Positions 26,753 to 39,869 of a stretch of 64,000 nt of DNA are shown piece by piece. The notes under the pieces were generated by a model, which had not been told where the DNA came from, ran no database searches, and worked only from the letters and a program-made list of their open reading frames with translations. The position numbers were made by a program, and so were the translations under genes. Positions within the stretch are counted from its first letter, which is position 1, and every line of letters starts with the position of its first letter. Source of the DNA: Eledone cirrhosa (lineage: Eukaryota); the NCBI GenBank assembly GCA_964016885.1, contig OZ024743.1:194184001-194248000 (forward strand), written 5' to 3'.

Positions 26753-27914
26753 CTATTTTTAATTAAAGTACATTTGAAAATATGATTTATATATTGTCAT
26801 TATCCAGAACACTTTCTTGCCTTATTGATCTACTTCAGGAAACTATAATAAAAGTCTTTAAATATTAGTTTGCGAGGACATCCATCTGGTAAAGAATGAT
26901 TGTCAAATTGCAATTCTAAACCTCATTCTAATACTAAACAAAGGTTGCCATGAGCAATGAATGGTAACCGACGAGTGAAGTGGTGAAAAGATTGAAATGT
27001 AACAGTGTACCTGTACTGCACAGCTTCAAATAAAGCAATATCACAGAATTCCCATGAAAAATATTGTTACAACGACATATCAAATATGTAGATTGTCAAT
27101 ACCCTGGACATTTGATAGAATCCCACAAATTAAGATGAGATAATATCCATAGATTCGATAATGCGATAAATCCTTCCTTTGTAAGATCACTTTCATATTT
27201 TCTAATAATAGAAATGTATGATTTCAAACATTGACCCAAAACGAAGGAAATGCATAACTTATTGCATTAACCTCGTAGAGGAAAAGTGAAAACTCGACAC
27301 TGTCAATTTGAAGTCATGGACGGAACTAGATTTCGTCAGGTATTTCAGAACCGCCTTTAATAAAAATACTTCTAACAAATTTGAACATTTTATATGAAAT
27401 ATTTTATTCTAATTATATAATAAATCAAACAATAAATATATAATTTAATTGTTGTCAAAGCATCTGCGATTTATCACGGGTGTATGTAGTTTGAGAACGA
27501 AACAAAATACACAGGAATATGACTCCACATATTAATATATCACTTCCTCCGTCCAAAAAACAAAACAAAACAAATTTCGATTTGAGTCGTTGTTCTATTC
27601 CCATCTACAAAAGATCAACATCTAATATGATTATAAGCTCTTACCTTAATTGGGTAGAGAGAGAGGGAAACAGAGAGACAGAGATAGATAGATAGATATA
27701 TTTCCCCCACTCCAATGATAATTAACGATAGCGTGTCACAACATTCACTCACAAGCACTCATATATGATATAAGTTTGTATGATATATAATACATATATA
27801 TATGTATGTGTGTGTAACATTTAAGTGAGTCGTCACATGCGGTGCTTTTAGGACGTTTTAAAAACCTGGCGGAGCCCATGAATGGAAGTGAGAAAGAGAT
27901 ATAGAGGAAGGATT

Positions 27915-28027
27915 GACACTGGTATATTTTATCGACCACGAATGGATGAACAGCGAAAATAACCTCGGCGGGATTTGAACTCAGAGAATAGAGAGTCGAC
28001 ATTTTAACGACTATACCAATTCGCCAA
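27915..28027 (-). mobile_element. SINE family A, decayed partial
   Basis: aacctcggcgggatttgaactcag core. Confidence 0.7.
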
Positions 28028-28115
28028 TATATATATGAGTGTGTGTGGGTGTTGTATGTTTGTTGTATGCATGCGTCTATACATATGTGTGTGTGTGTGT
28101 GTGTGTGAGTGTTCT

Positions 28116-28146
<31 letters not shown>

Positions 28147-30118
28147 TTGCAAACTCATTTGTCTATTCATACATCAGTGCGTATTTGTAAACCAGGTTCT
28201 ATGTAATGAGTAATGCTGCAGAAAGAACTAAGAAATAAATAAAGCATTCGTAAAGCATAAGAAAATATCTATGAGTGTGCATGTTTGCATGATATATGTT
28301 ACACTATATTTCTGTATGTACAAGTTTGTATGATATATAATACGTCATGTCTCTGTTGGTGCAGTGTTCTATAATATATGACATAGCACATTTCTGTGTG
28401 TGTATGATTGATAATAAATATTACATCCACTTTCTGTATGTGCATACTTGTATAATATATAATACGTCATGATTCTGTATGCGGATGTTTGTCTGATATA
28501 TGATGCGTCATGCATATAGTGTGTTGCATATAGTAAATACCTGTATTTACATTGAAAAGGCGGACATTAAAATATTGTATTAAACTGGTAGTGCAGAAGG
28601 AAAATCTGTTAATTTTGTATTGAATGACAAGAATAGCAGCAATAATGAAAATCATTGCAATAGCAAATAGCAATTGTTATCATCTTGTTAGTTTTATGAC
28701 AATCACTGCAATTATTTTTGTTGTGAGATTTTTAAATATAGAAAAATAAATTACAGAGTAGAATGATAAAATCGTTGCGAATTAGTATGGTGTGAGCAAT
28801 GTGTGTTTTCATCTTGTATACGCACAGAATGATCTAGTCATATTTGCTGAATGTACACAACTTGTGTACTTACTGGTGTGGTGGATGGTTGGATATTCTA
28901 TACAGAATGACACATAAATATGCAACTAGGACAGTAGACGGACAGGTTTGAAAGATTCGTGTTTAGACATAAAAATATCTACCGAGCGGGAAAATTGATG
29001 CCCCATGTTCACTGTTTATAGGGATCTCACAAGCTCGTGTCGTTTACTCAGGTGTTCAGTCAAGCTAGCTTAAGGAATATGTTTTCTATATAATTTATAA
29101 AGCAAAGAATCCGTCAGGTTTCCCTGTGTCAACATTCAATAGATTAGTGCTTTCTAGAGATCGGATGTTATTTTGTGTTAAAAAGTGAGGGAAAGTTCCT
29201 TGGCTTTTAATGATAAACTCAAAGTTTATTTGAAAATCTGTGTAAACAAAAATAAAAACCATATTAGCCTTACGTCCAAAAGGATTTTCGTTCAAATACG
29301 GCAAATATACACACACGTACACTTACACACATATACACACACACACAAACACACATATATATATGTGTATGTGTGTGTGTGCCTGTAAGTGTGTGTACAT
29401 TGTAATGTAATAATTAATTTCTGGCGGATCTTTTGAGATTTGTTATATTTTCATTCTTTCTACAGATATCTATGTCCATTCCAGTTCTTTGCTTAAAATC
29501 GAACTTGTATTTGCATTTCCATATAATGTCATTTATGAAGGTAGTTAGCGCCAACATATATAATGTGTTGTTAATATTTAACATTATATGACCTAATTTT
29601 AGAAGCCTTTCTGAGAAATGGCTCTTGGGTATGTATTACTCAGAGCCATTATCATGCTAGACACATAAAAAACGTCTGCCTTTCAGACATTTGTGACTTT
29701 AAGAGTGCTCTGTAATGTAAATGCTTTATAATTGTTTAACCTAAAATCGTTGCATTCCTTTCGAAATAATTGTCTGTGTGTCTAAATCCGAAATCATTAT
29801 TGTTTAGATTAGGTTGAGCGGTCATATGATCGAATGCGGCCCAGCTGCCACAATCTTATCTTTTGTATATCTATGATTACATAATGTAATCTAGTAATGC
29901 AATGATCCAGTACATGGTTTTCATTTTAGCCTTTTGGTTGTCGATAAAATAAAGTACAATGGCAGGGCGGTGAACTGGTGGAATTGTTCTTTGCGATATG
30001 AGTTCAAATCTCTCTCTGATATACTTGCTCTACTTGCGTGGTAGTCGTAATCTGAGACTCAGTTTACCCCCCCCCCCCCCCTCCTCCAGGAGGAGGGGTG
30101 GGGGTAAACTGAGTCAAG

Positions 30119-30281
30119 GGCAGCTATTATCCCAGTGTATTACTGGTACTTTATTTTATCGACCCCGTAAGGATGAAAGGCAAAGTTAACCTCGGCGGGA
30201 TTTGGACTCAGACCATAAAGGACCGTAACTCTTTGCTGGAAAGCATGTCGTCCGACCCTCTACCGATACTGCCAGTCCACC
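30119..30281 (-). mobile_element. SINE family A
   Basis: Matches family consensus. Confidence 0.85.
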
Positions 30282-32041
30282 ACAGATACGTCAGTGCCTT
30301 ATTGAGTATTTTGTATAGATGTATTTGCCGTCAGGATCAGTGTAGTTTATCCATTTTGGTAGTAAGGAATGATAGTGCTTGTGACTTTCAAATAATTTTG
30401 AAAATAATCAAGAATTAGGAAGGATTTAGTAACGTAACTTTCTCAATATTAAGTTAGTGTTTGGAATATAACTTAACAAAGATTTTTACATAACATTATG
30501 ATAGAAAGTTTTTAGATATGTACAAATAAATTCATATCGTAGAACCATGGGTGGTTCCAGGCGGTTTCAGGCAGTTTCCGGCGGTTTCAGGTGTTTTGGT
30601 ATCGGAAGGGTTAATATCAACTGCATCATATGTATTAGAATAATTGAAATAACCGATATGATAATTAAGATCTCTAAGTTACCAAATATTATATTTTTAA
30701 AGGTATTCACAGGATCCGCACGTGAAAAGAATATCTTTTAACAAATCAATGATCCGCTAACGTGTTTTGAATGCATCTGCTTCATTGCTATGCCGATATA
30801 GAACGGAATTCTTTTCTTTTTTTATCTCGTCAATTCTGTTTCTATATCGTTTTTATGTAAATTTGAAACTTCAACAAGGATCGGTAAAATTTCCAAGCTT
30901 AGTTTCATGACTAGCAGATATTAAAAAAAACAACAGAAAACCAAAAAAACAGATAGCACTATGAAATGCTGCAAAGAAATGATAGATGTTCTATTTTATT
31001 TTCTTGTTGGTATTTTATAGAAAATTGCTTTTTATATTGATAGGATGTAGGCGATGAATACTTTTTATCTAAATCCCAAAGAATGCCAAGGCTGGCTAGA
31101 ATTGTGTTAGTTATGAAACAATGTAGGATTATTTAATTTTCTAGAGGTAGTTGTGATGTAAAACAGCCTTCTCCGCAGATACTGCATTTTTATAGCTTAA
31201 TTTGATCTTAAGGAAATACTTTTAATAAAATGTACTCTAGAAAATTTTACATTGAACTAACTGAATTTCAATGTACATTGTCAGCAACAATTAGAATGTT
31301 TTATATTTTTTCCGGTTTGTCTTCTTTGCAACTTACTTTAAAAAGAAATAGAAATATTTAAACATTTCTTAGGCTACACGAACGATTCTTCTTAGCAAGC
31401 ATTTTTATACATTTCTGTACAGATTTGTATTTCCATTCTTTATCGGAAACGTTTAAGATTATATATTTAGTATAATACATTATATCTGAACATACGATGT
31501 ATTTGTGCCTAAAAGAATTGTTTTGGAATTTTATTCATTCTTTCAGATGACAATTTGGGAATATTGGTTTATTAGAAAAAGCTGCATGTTATTAACGAAA
31601 ATGTTACTTCCTTTAAATATTTTACCATTTTACAGCAAAATAGTTTTTGACATATTGGCGTTTTGAAATTAGATAGCTCTAGTGTAAATAATGATATATC
31701 AGTACATGAAATTGCTGATGTATACAAACACATATTCACACTCCCACTTTTTGTTACACATAAATATACAGCTATATACACATAGGCACTCCCGTTTTCA
31801 TAAATACACATGCGCAATCATATATGATTGTATGTATGAATTCATGCCTGGATACTTATATATATATATATATATATACATGCACACACAGATACATACA
31901 CACAAAACACACACATACAAACACGTACATAGTATATACAGTTAAAGTTTCAACTTACAGAATCCTGATAACTCTTTATATATATGTATATGTACATATA
32001 TATATATCGACATTACAGTCGCTAAGTTTATAGCTTCTAAT

Positions 32042-32071
<30 letters not shown>

Positions 32072-32079
<8 letters not shown>

Positions 32080-32450
32080 TAAAATAACAGATTCAAGTTT
32101 AAGCAAAGAATCGCTGCTTTCACCCTTAACGGGATCTTCTGAAACTAACAAAGTCAATCTGTAAACGCAGAAGTGGATATTTAAAATAACGTTGCAACCG
32201 GAGGAAGACAGGAAGACGATACTTTGTTTCGTGGAAACGTTCCCTCCGGTTGCAACGTTTTTTGAAATATCCACTTCTGCGTTTACAGATTGACTTTGTT
32301 AGTTTCAGAAGATCCCGTTAAGGGTGAAAGCACCGATTCTTTGCTTAAACTTTAATCTGTTATTTTAATAAATATTTTCTCTACGGTTCTATATATTTAT
32401 CCTTATCGAGCCCTCTTTGGATTTTAGTCTTCAAATTTATTATTATTACT
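32072..32450. mobile_element. Foldback pLTR (arms 32072-32204 and 32243-32375) with HHRs in both arms
   Basis: Arms are reverse complements; flanked by TA tracts. Confidence 0.88.
32301..32351 (+). ncRNA. Hammerhead motif, CAGAAGA core variant (mirror copy 32096-32146, minus)
   Basis: agttt-CAGAAGA-tccc gttaa gggt-GAAA-gca ccgattctt tgc-TT-aaact. Confidence 0.75.
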
Positions 32451-32600
32451 ATATATATAAGTAGAAGGGGTATTTAATTTGTTGGAAATCCGACAAATAT
32501 AAATATTTATAACTGATTAAAAGCACTCAATAAATTACTGGAGTAAATTATCAATGATATTAAATAAATGGTAACTATATTTATAAAAGCATATTTATTT

Positions 32601-32656
32601 TATTATATATATTTCAAGGGTACCAAGACAACATTGGTACGCTTTAATCAGATAAT
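32601..32656 (-). ncRNA. Degenerate hammerhead-like motif
   Basis: tattat-CTGATTA-aagcgtacca..tggtaccctt-GAAA-tatat-ataata; G8 is lost and the register is off by one. Confidence 0.4.
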
Positions 32657-32664
32657 ATATATAT

Positions 32665-32757
<93 letters not shown>

Positions 32758-32777
32758 GTGTGTGTGTGTGCGTGCGT

Positions 32778-32866
<89 letters not shown>

Positions 32867-33044
32867 TGCGCGTGTGTGCGCGTTAGTTAAATGTATAACA
32901 ACGGTTACAGGCGGTACGCCGTTCGAAGCACTCAATGTTGTTAAGATGTCCGTTTTGTGTGAATCAACCCTGGGTTGATCGATGTCGAGACAGTTGTAAT
33001 ATGCAAATAATGTTTGACTTCGACTCTTTTAAATCTATCTGTCT

Positions 33045-33139
<95 letters not shown>

Positions 33140-33234
33140 TTTACATATATATATACATATATATACATATACGTGTTTTTGCAACGGGTCACTTTGTGGC
33201 TCAATGAAAAATTAATAAATTAAATAATCAGAGC

Positions 33235-33698
33235 TATATATCATAAAACATGTCTATAGAATCACAAGATAAAATATATACCATTTCCTCTCCCAATTAG
33301 CATAATTAACTATATAAAAAATCGAATAGACCAGGCTATAAGAATGAGGCTTCTATGAAGAAATCTCTAACAAATAACCGAAATTAGCCCTTCGCGTCGG
33401 CCACAACGGAATATTTATCGAATATTTCGACAGCGTAATCGCCCAGATACAGTCAACTAAACAGAATTCTGTTTAGTTGACTGTATCTGGGCGATTACGC
33501 TGTCGAAATATTCGATAAATATTCCGTTGTGGCCGACGCGAAGGGCTAATTTCGGTTATTTGTTAGAGATTTCTTCATAGAAGCCTCATTCTTATAGCCT
33601 GGTCTATTCGATTTTTTATATAGTTAATTATGCTAATTGGGAGAGGAAATGGTATATATTTTATCTTGTGATTCTATAGACATGTTTTATGATATATA
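33235..33698. repeat. Spacerless 464-bp palindrome
   Basis: Centre GAATTC at 33464-33469; no arm mismatch found by eye. Confidence 0.95.
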
Positions 33699-33871
33699 TA
33701 TATATATATGGGAGGAGGTTATAGTTCACTTGAAGCATTGTGTAATGAGGTATAAACGTTAGAATATGTGTAATAAGGCCAAGACAATGCAGATATGGAC
33801 ATAGAAAAAAGAATGCAATAGTGAGAGATATTGATGAGAATTCGTCTTTCACCTTGAATTTATTTAAATGT

Positions 33872-33906
33872 CCTTAATTTTCGAGATAATATCTCTTCTT
33901 CGGAGG
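33872..33906 (-). ncRNA. Minimal HHR variant (CCGAAGA) in the pLTR; second copy 37007-37041
   Basis: cct-CCGAAGA-a gagat att atctc-GAAA-at-TA-agg. Confidence 0.6.
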
Positions 33907-34290
33907 GAAGTAAAAGTCTCAGACCAGCGTCTTAAATTTCCAATGAAGCCATGCTGACCGGAAATAGTATACAGTTCTAACTTTAAAATCAAAGAATTAA
34001 AATTAGGTGGGTAAAGAGTAGTCTCCCTTTAAGAGGGGTTTGTTTATGTTTTTGTTGTATTTTTTAAATTTTATATGCGTGCCTGTATATGTGTGTGGGA
34101 GAAAGCATGAAGGTGTAGGTATGTGGGTGTGTGTGTGTGTGAGTGTGGGAAGATAGGTCTAATCGTAAAAGTGGGGGGTAGGTGTTATCTGGTGTTAGAA
34201 CTGGTTTTGTGTGTGTATGTGTGAGAGAGAATAAGTGGAGGTGTGCGCGTGCGTGTGTGTGGGGTGTGTAAAGTGGGGCTAGAGGCCCTA

Positions 34291-36873
34291 TCAGGTTATA
34301 AATTGGGTGTTGAGCTCTAGTCTATTACTGATTGGTGGATGTGTTCTATCTATAATGAGTGCTTCCTTGATTCTAAGATTGCCGAGGTTTCTTTCTTTAG
34401 TTTCTATCCTAACTGTTATGTTTTTATCAGTGTTTTTGCATTTAACTAGGTGTTTCTTAAATGAGGAAGCGTTAGTATTGAGGTGTTCTTTTATTCTTAT
34501 GTGGAGTGGTCTGGTGGTGCTACCTACGTAGAAGTTGTTGCATTTGTCACACTCTAGTCTGTAAACTACGTAAGCCTGGTGGCATAGGTCTGTGTCGTTG
34601 ATGGGGCAGTTGGCTAGTCTGCAGCAGTTGTCATGTCTGGTGGAGCGTCTCTTAGCTAGCCGTCCACGCAAAGAAGGACCCGAATGGGCCAGTTGAATAT
34701 CCAGACCTTCTCGTCTGATGGCTCTGCGGATGGCTGTTGTTGTTTCTTCACTGAAGTGTGGGAGCTTCAGGAAGCAAGTGTTAGTGCCTCGGGTGTGGTG
34801 TCCTCTGTTCTTTCTGGCACGGTTTGTGGTGGATGTCGTGTATCCGTTCAGTTTGAGTACTTCCAGGAAATGTGTGGTGTGTGTGTCTCGGTCTCTGGCG
34901 TCGGTGCATTTGTTCTTGATACGTGCCAGTTCGTTCTTTATGTATCCGAACTTGGCACCGAGTGGGAGGTCCGATCTGAAATGTACGAACAGGTCCCTGC
35001 TGGCGGATTTTTTATAGAAGCAGGTGTGGATGTTGCCTTCCTCTGTTACCCTGAGTTGGAAGTCCAGCAGGGATAGGGATCCGCGGTCATCGGGGTGTTC
35101 TATGCTGAACTTTATACTGGCGTCCATGCTGGAGAATGTTGTGTATATTTTCTCTGCCTCTTCACGGGATGATGTAAGGATGAGTATGTCATCTACATAT
35201 CGGGTGAAGAAGGCATGGGAATGGCAGGTGTTGAGGGCTCGGCATTCTAGCTGGTTCATGTAAGTGATGGCCAGCAGGCCAGAGAGGCTGGATCCCATGG
35301 GTAATCCTGTTGTCTGTCTGTATGTGTGGTGGTGGAAGGTGAAGTACGTGTTGTCTACTGTGAAGGACAAAAGTTGGTGTATGTCCGTCGGGTGGAGGCC
35401 GTAGCAGTGGATGTTCTCTGCGACCACGCAGTCCGTCAATAAATCGACAGCTGGGTGAGCGGGGACTGTAGTGTAGAGGGAGACAACGTCGAGGCTAAAA
35501 GCGTATTTGTTAAGTTTAAGTTGTTCTGGCTGGAGTTGGTGTAATCTACGTATAACTTCGTCGGAGCTACTGACATGTCCGGGGAAGGTGGAGAGTAGAG
35601 GCTTGAGGACCTGGGAGAGAAGCCAGGAAATTTTGTATAGGGGTCCTTCTATGCTAGAGACGATGGGTCTTATATGCGTCTTAGTGCTATTCTTGTGGGT
35701 CTTGATGAGGTGGTAGAAAGTGGGCAGTCTGCTATTTCTAGTGGTGTAGTTGAGTTTAATTTTATTCGGGAGTTGTCTTCTCCTACAGATATCGAACCAA
35801 ATGGAGTTGGTCTGTTTTTCGATTTGGGCTGCGGTCATGTCCGGGATCACTGTGTACAGTTCACTGTCGCTTAGGTGTTCGAAGGCTAGGTTATTGTATG
35901 TGGCTTGAGAGATGACGCAGAACTCTTTACCTTTGTCGGATGGTAAGTAAATAAGTTCCTTATTCCGTAGGTTCTTCAGGGCGAGTTGTTGTGTCCTGGA
36001 GAGGTTAGGGGCCATCTTCTTCTGTTTCCGTAAGATGTTAAATACGGAATGTTTTAGTCTCGAGAGTTTTTCTTCCAGCTCGCGGTTGGCGGGCGGTGGA
36101 TAGAGTGGGCGATCTAGTTGGTATATCGGGAATCTGGGTGTGGTGGATTCCGTGGTGTTGTTGTCGAGAGTCGATATCCATTTCAGTTGGTAGGCAGTCC
36201 GACAGAAATTCGTTTCTATGTCGAGCCATAGTCTGTCGTCCAGTCTCTGTTTCAATATGAACTTGGGACCCAGGCTGAGGAGGTCTAATTCCTCTCGGGA
36301 GAGGGATCCTGTCAAGTCTGTGACGAGGTGTTTTGCGTCAGGTGTGTTGTTGGTCGGGGTGCCGCTAGGTTCGGTGTTGGTAACGTATTGTTCGCCTCTG
36401 TTGGTGTTTGGCGTTGGGATGTTGTTAAGACAGTTGGCCGTCCTGAGTTTGAGAAATTTTTGCGTTAGGCGTATTTTCTCGTAGTCTCGGCGGTGGTGGT
36501 ATGAGCTGTCTATAGTGGCGGAGATGACCTTGGACAGAGGTTCTGGGGTTTCAGCGAGTTGTGGTACAAGGCTGGAGATAGTCCGTATGTGATGTTGTAG
36601 CGTGCGGTGTAGGTGTTGTATGAGTTTTCTTAGGCAGAATTTTTGTATGTAACTGAGTGATCGTTTGAGGCCTGGTGAATTGAAGCATGTTGGTAGGTGT
36701 ACATTTTTGATGGTTTTGGGAATGATGTTGTTATTCAGGCATCGTTTTAGGAAATTTATTTGGCAGCCGGCTTTGGCGCGCTTTTCAGATAGCTGGAAGA
36801 GTTTCTTTACAGTTGTGAACTGGGCCTGGCTCAGGCGTAATGAAAGGGGGAGGTTATAGTTCACTTGAAGCAT
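34291..36873 (-). CDS. PLE reverse transcriptase-GIY-YIG endonuclease (~860 aa from first ATG; frame open to 36987)
   Basis: PSDKG, IKTHK, IRPIVS, SLDVVSLYT, GLPMGS, RYVDD, VVY..C..C..YVGST..L..RIKEH, EALII. Confidence 0.95.
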   Translation of the reverse strand: MLQVNYNLPLSLRLSQAQFTTVKKLFQLSEKRAKAGCQINFLKRCLNNNIIPKTIKNVHLPTCFNSPGLKRSLSYIQKFCLRKLIQHLHRTLQHHIRTISSLVPQLAETPEPLSKVISATIDSSYHHRRDYEKIRLTQKFLKLRTANCLNNIPTPNTNRGEQYVTNTEPSGTPTNNTPDAKHLVTDLTGSLSREELDLLSLGPKFILKQRLDDRLWLDIETNFCRTAYQLKWISTLDNNTTESTTPRFPIYQLDRPLYPPPANRELEEKLSRLKHSVFNILRKQKKMAPNLSRTQQLALKNLRNKELIYLPSDKGKEFCVISQATYNNLAFEHLSDSELYTVIPDMTAAQIEKQTNSIWFDICRRRQLPNKIKLNYTTRNSRLPTFYHLIKTHKNSTKTHIRPIVSSIEGPLYKISWLLSQVLKPLLSTFPGHVSSSDEVIRRLHQLQPEQLKLNKYAFSLDVVSLYTTVPAHPAVDLLTDCVVAENIHCYGLHPTDIHQLLSFTVDNTYFTFHHHTYRQTTGLPMGSSLSGLLAITYMNQLECRALNTCHSHAFFTRYVDDILILTSSREEAEKIYTTFSSMDASIKFSIEHPDDRGSLSLLDFQLRVTEEGNIHTCFYKKSASRDLFVHFRSDLPLGAKFGYIKNELARIKNKCTDARDRDTHTTHFLEVLKLNGYTTSTTNRARKNRGHHTRGTNTCFLKLPHFSEETTTAIRRAIRREGLDIQLAHSGPSLRGRLAKRRSTRHDNCCRLANCPINDTDLCHQAYVVYRLECDKCNNFYVGSTTRPLHIRIKEHLNTNASSFKKHLVKCKNTDKNITVRIETKERNLGNLRIKEALIIDRTHPPISNRLELNTQFIT

Positions 36874-37432
36874 TGTGTGATGAGGTATAAACGTTAGAAT
36901 ATGTGTAATAAGGCCAAGACAATGCAGATATGGACATAGAAAAAAGAATGCAATAGTGAGAGATATTGATGAGAATTCGTCTTTCACCTTGAATTTATTT
37001 AAATGTCCTTAATTTTCGAGATAATATCTCTTCTTCGGAGGGAAGTAAAAGTCTCAGACCAGCGTCTTAAATTTCCAATGAAGCCATGCTGACCGGAAAT
37101 AGTATACAGTTCTAGCTTTAAAATCAAAGAATTAAAATTAGGTGGGTAAAGAGTAGTCTCCCTTTAAGAGGGGTTTGTTTATGTTTTTGTTGTATTTTTT
37201 AAATTTTATATGCGTGCCTGTATATGTGTGTGGGAGAAAGCATGAAGGTGTAGGTATGTGGGTGTGTGTGTGTACATACATAATATGGTTTACCTTTTGT
37301 GGTAGGGTGTATATCGTAGTTAGGACTCAATGTAATCCGTTAGCAAGTAATTCAGAGAGACCCAGAGATATATTCTGAGTCAATCCTTTAGATACAGAGC
37401 CTGATATATTAGATATTAGTTTAACAATGATA

Positions 37433-37898
37433 ATAATAATTGTTTCTACTTTTGGCACAAGGCCAGCAATTTCCCAGTACATTATTGGTACTTTATTTTA
37501 TCGACCCCGTAAGGCAAAGTTAACCTCGAAGGGATTTGAACTCAGACGTAAAGGGACGTAACTATGCTACAATGCATGGCGTCCAACCCTCCACCGATAC
37601 TGCCAATAATAATAATTGTTTCTACTTTAGGCACAAGGCCAACATTTACCCAGTGCATTACTGGTACTTTATTTTATCGACCCCGTAAGGATGAAAGGCA
37701 AAGTCAACCTCGGCGGGGTTTGAACTCAGATCGTAATGAGACGTAACTATGCTGGAAAGCATGGCGTCCGACCCTCTACCGATACTGCCAATCCACAATA
37801 ATAATAATTGTTTCTACTTTTGGCACAAGGCCATCAAATACCCAGTACATTACTGGTACTTTATTTTATCGACCCCGTAAGGATGAAAGGCAAAGTTA
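37433..37898 (-). mobile_element. Three tandem SINE A copies (37433-37605, 37611-37796, 37803-37898)
   Basis: Each starts on the plus strand with (aat)n-tgtttctactttt. Confidence 0.92.
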
Positions 37899-38038
37899 TC
37901 CACAATAATAATAATGAAGGCAAGTTGTTTTACATATTCATTTCATTGTTTTACGATCGCTTCGGAGCGTTGATCATACTGATATATTGACTGAATTATT
38001 GACTGATCTATAGCAGTTAGAAAACTGTATACTATCAG

Positions 38039-38109
38039 GCATAATATATTGGTTCGATCATACTGTCTTCTTCTGAAGAAGACAGTATGATCGAACCTAT
38101 ATATTATGC
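38039..38109. repeat. 71-bp hairpin containing a degenerate HHR core
   Basis: ggttcgatcatactgtcttcttc-t-gaagaagacagtatgatcgaacc; includes CTGAAGA-agac agtat gatc-GAAc. Confidence 0.8.
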
Positions 38110-38154
38110 TTTATGTATTATAACTTTTATATTTTGTAATATTAGTCTTAAGTG

Positions 38155-38352
38155 ACGGTGGATTAGTAATATTGTGAAGCGTCGGACCACATGCTTTATA
38201 ACATAGGGTTACGGGCCTTTATGATCTGCGTTCCAATCCTGCCGAGGTTAACTTTGCTTTTCCTTCTTATAAAAGCACTGGGTTCGATTTAAACGACTTT
38301 CCCCTTCCCCAAATTGTTGGCCTTGTGCCTAAATCAGAAACCAATATTATTC
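38155..38352 (+). mobile_element. Diverged SINE A-related copy
   Basis: ggtggattag...gccgaggttaactttgc...ggccttgtgcctaaatcagaaac. Confidence 0.75.
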
Positions 38353-39405
38353 TTGAGTCACCCTCATAAGAGATTCTATGATTTTACATTCCTTCCACTC
38401 TGTATACAAAAAAGCACATATGGCATGGTGGGGAATATCTGGAACAAATTATTAAGTATAATATTCCCTTAATTTCATAATTTTGTATTCCCACCTGGAT
38501 TAGTTATATTCATAGTGGACAAGTGTCTTCTACTGTAGCTAGGTTTTATCAATCTCTTGCGAGGAAAATTTGTTTGATGGAAACTGCATGGAAGTTGAGG
38601 TATTTGTTCTACTTTGAACACATTCTTATACATATTATTGTTCCACTGGCCAGTCATAAAGGTAGTGAACCAATAATTGACTCGTTGGAAACCTATAAAT
38701 AACAACTTTGTTCAACGTAAAATTATATTCATATTCTTGTTATACTGGCCCATCAAATCCTGTCGAGGCTAGCTTGGGGTTTCATCCTTACGGGGTTGAT
38801 AAAATAAAGTACTGGAAAGGCACTGAAACAATAATTGACATTTTGGAAACCTGTGAATAATGACATCTTTGTTCTACTTCGAATTCTATACATATTCTTC
38901 TTTCACTGGCCCGTTAGAAAGGCAGTGATGAACTAATAATTGAATCATTGGAAATCTGTAAATAAAGACATCTTTGTTCACCGAATGTGATATAAAATAA
39001 ATAATACATATCAATTATACATGTTACGACATATATCTGAGCAATGTAGTACAAGTTAAAGTTATATTTAAAGTAGAAGTATTAAATTTCAAGTTATGTC
39101 ATTGAAACAGAACAGAAAAGAAGACACAAATAGAAAATATTCACAAGACACAAAGCATGCAAACATGTTCAGAAGCAATCTAAACCACGTGAATGCACTG
39201 TTGCTTTGGTATAGAAAAAATCTTGCATTATACAATTTATAGCAGCTTATCGACTTTCAGTTACAACTGGAAATTAATGGATATGCATTTCACGTCAGCT
39301 ACATATAAATTCATTGCACGGGTACGTCTACTTTTACACACGCACACACACACACAGACGCACGCGCGCGCGAGCGCACACACACATATATATGATATAT
39401 ATATG

Positions 39406-39447
<42 letters not shown>

Positions 39448-39515
39448 TAGATACACAAACAAACACGCATTCACACACACAGATATATATATATATATAT
39501 ACATGTATATATATA

Positions 39516-39625
<110 letters not shown>

Positions 39626-39869
39626 TAATCTTTCACACTAGTCAGCATTAAGTAGTCGGTAAAAAAATTGGAAAATGCAATGCGAGTGAAATCCATTGGA
39701 GAGAACTTTCAGACAATTAATTAGTATAAACAAACACGCCATATTGTACATTTATACACATTACATACACATACAAATATATATATATATAAAGAAAAAA
39801 AGATGAAATCGAAAATGTAACTGGAGTCTTATTTTAAAAAAAATATTTATTATTTGGTTCCTTATTTAT

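Larger units (their letters stand above)
33714..37273 (-). mobile_element. Intact Penelope-like element with direct pseudo-LTRs (33714-34138 and 36849-37273)
   Basis: Two ~425-bp repeats with about 2 visible differences flank or overlap an RT-EN ORF. Confidence 0.95.

Noticed and set aside
30360-30614. piggyBac-like end AGGG-TTAA
   Set aside because: No matching left terminus found.
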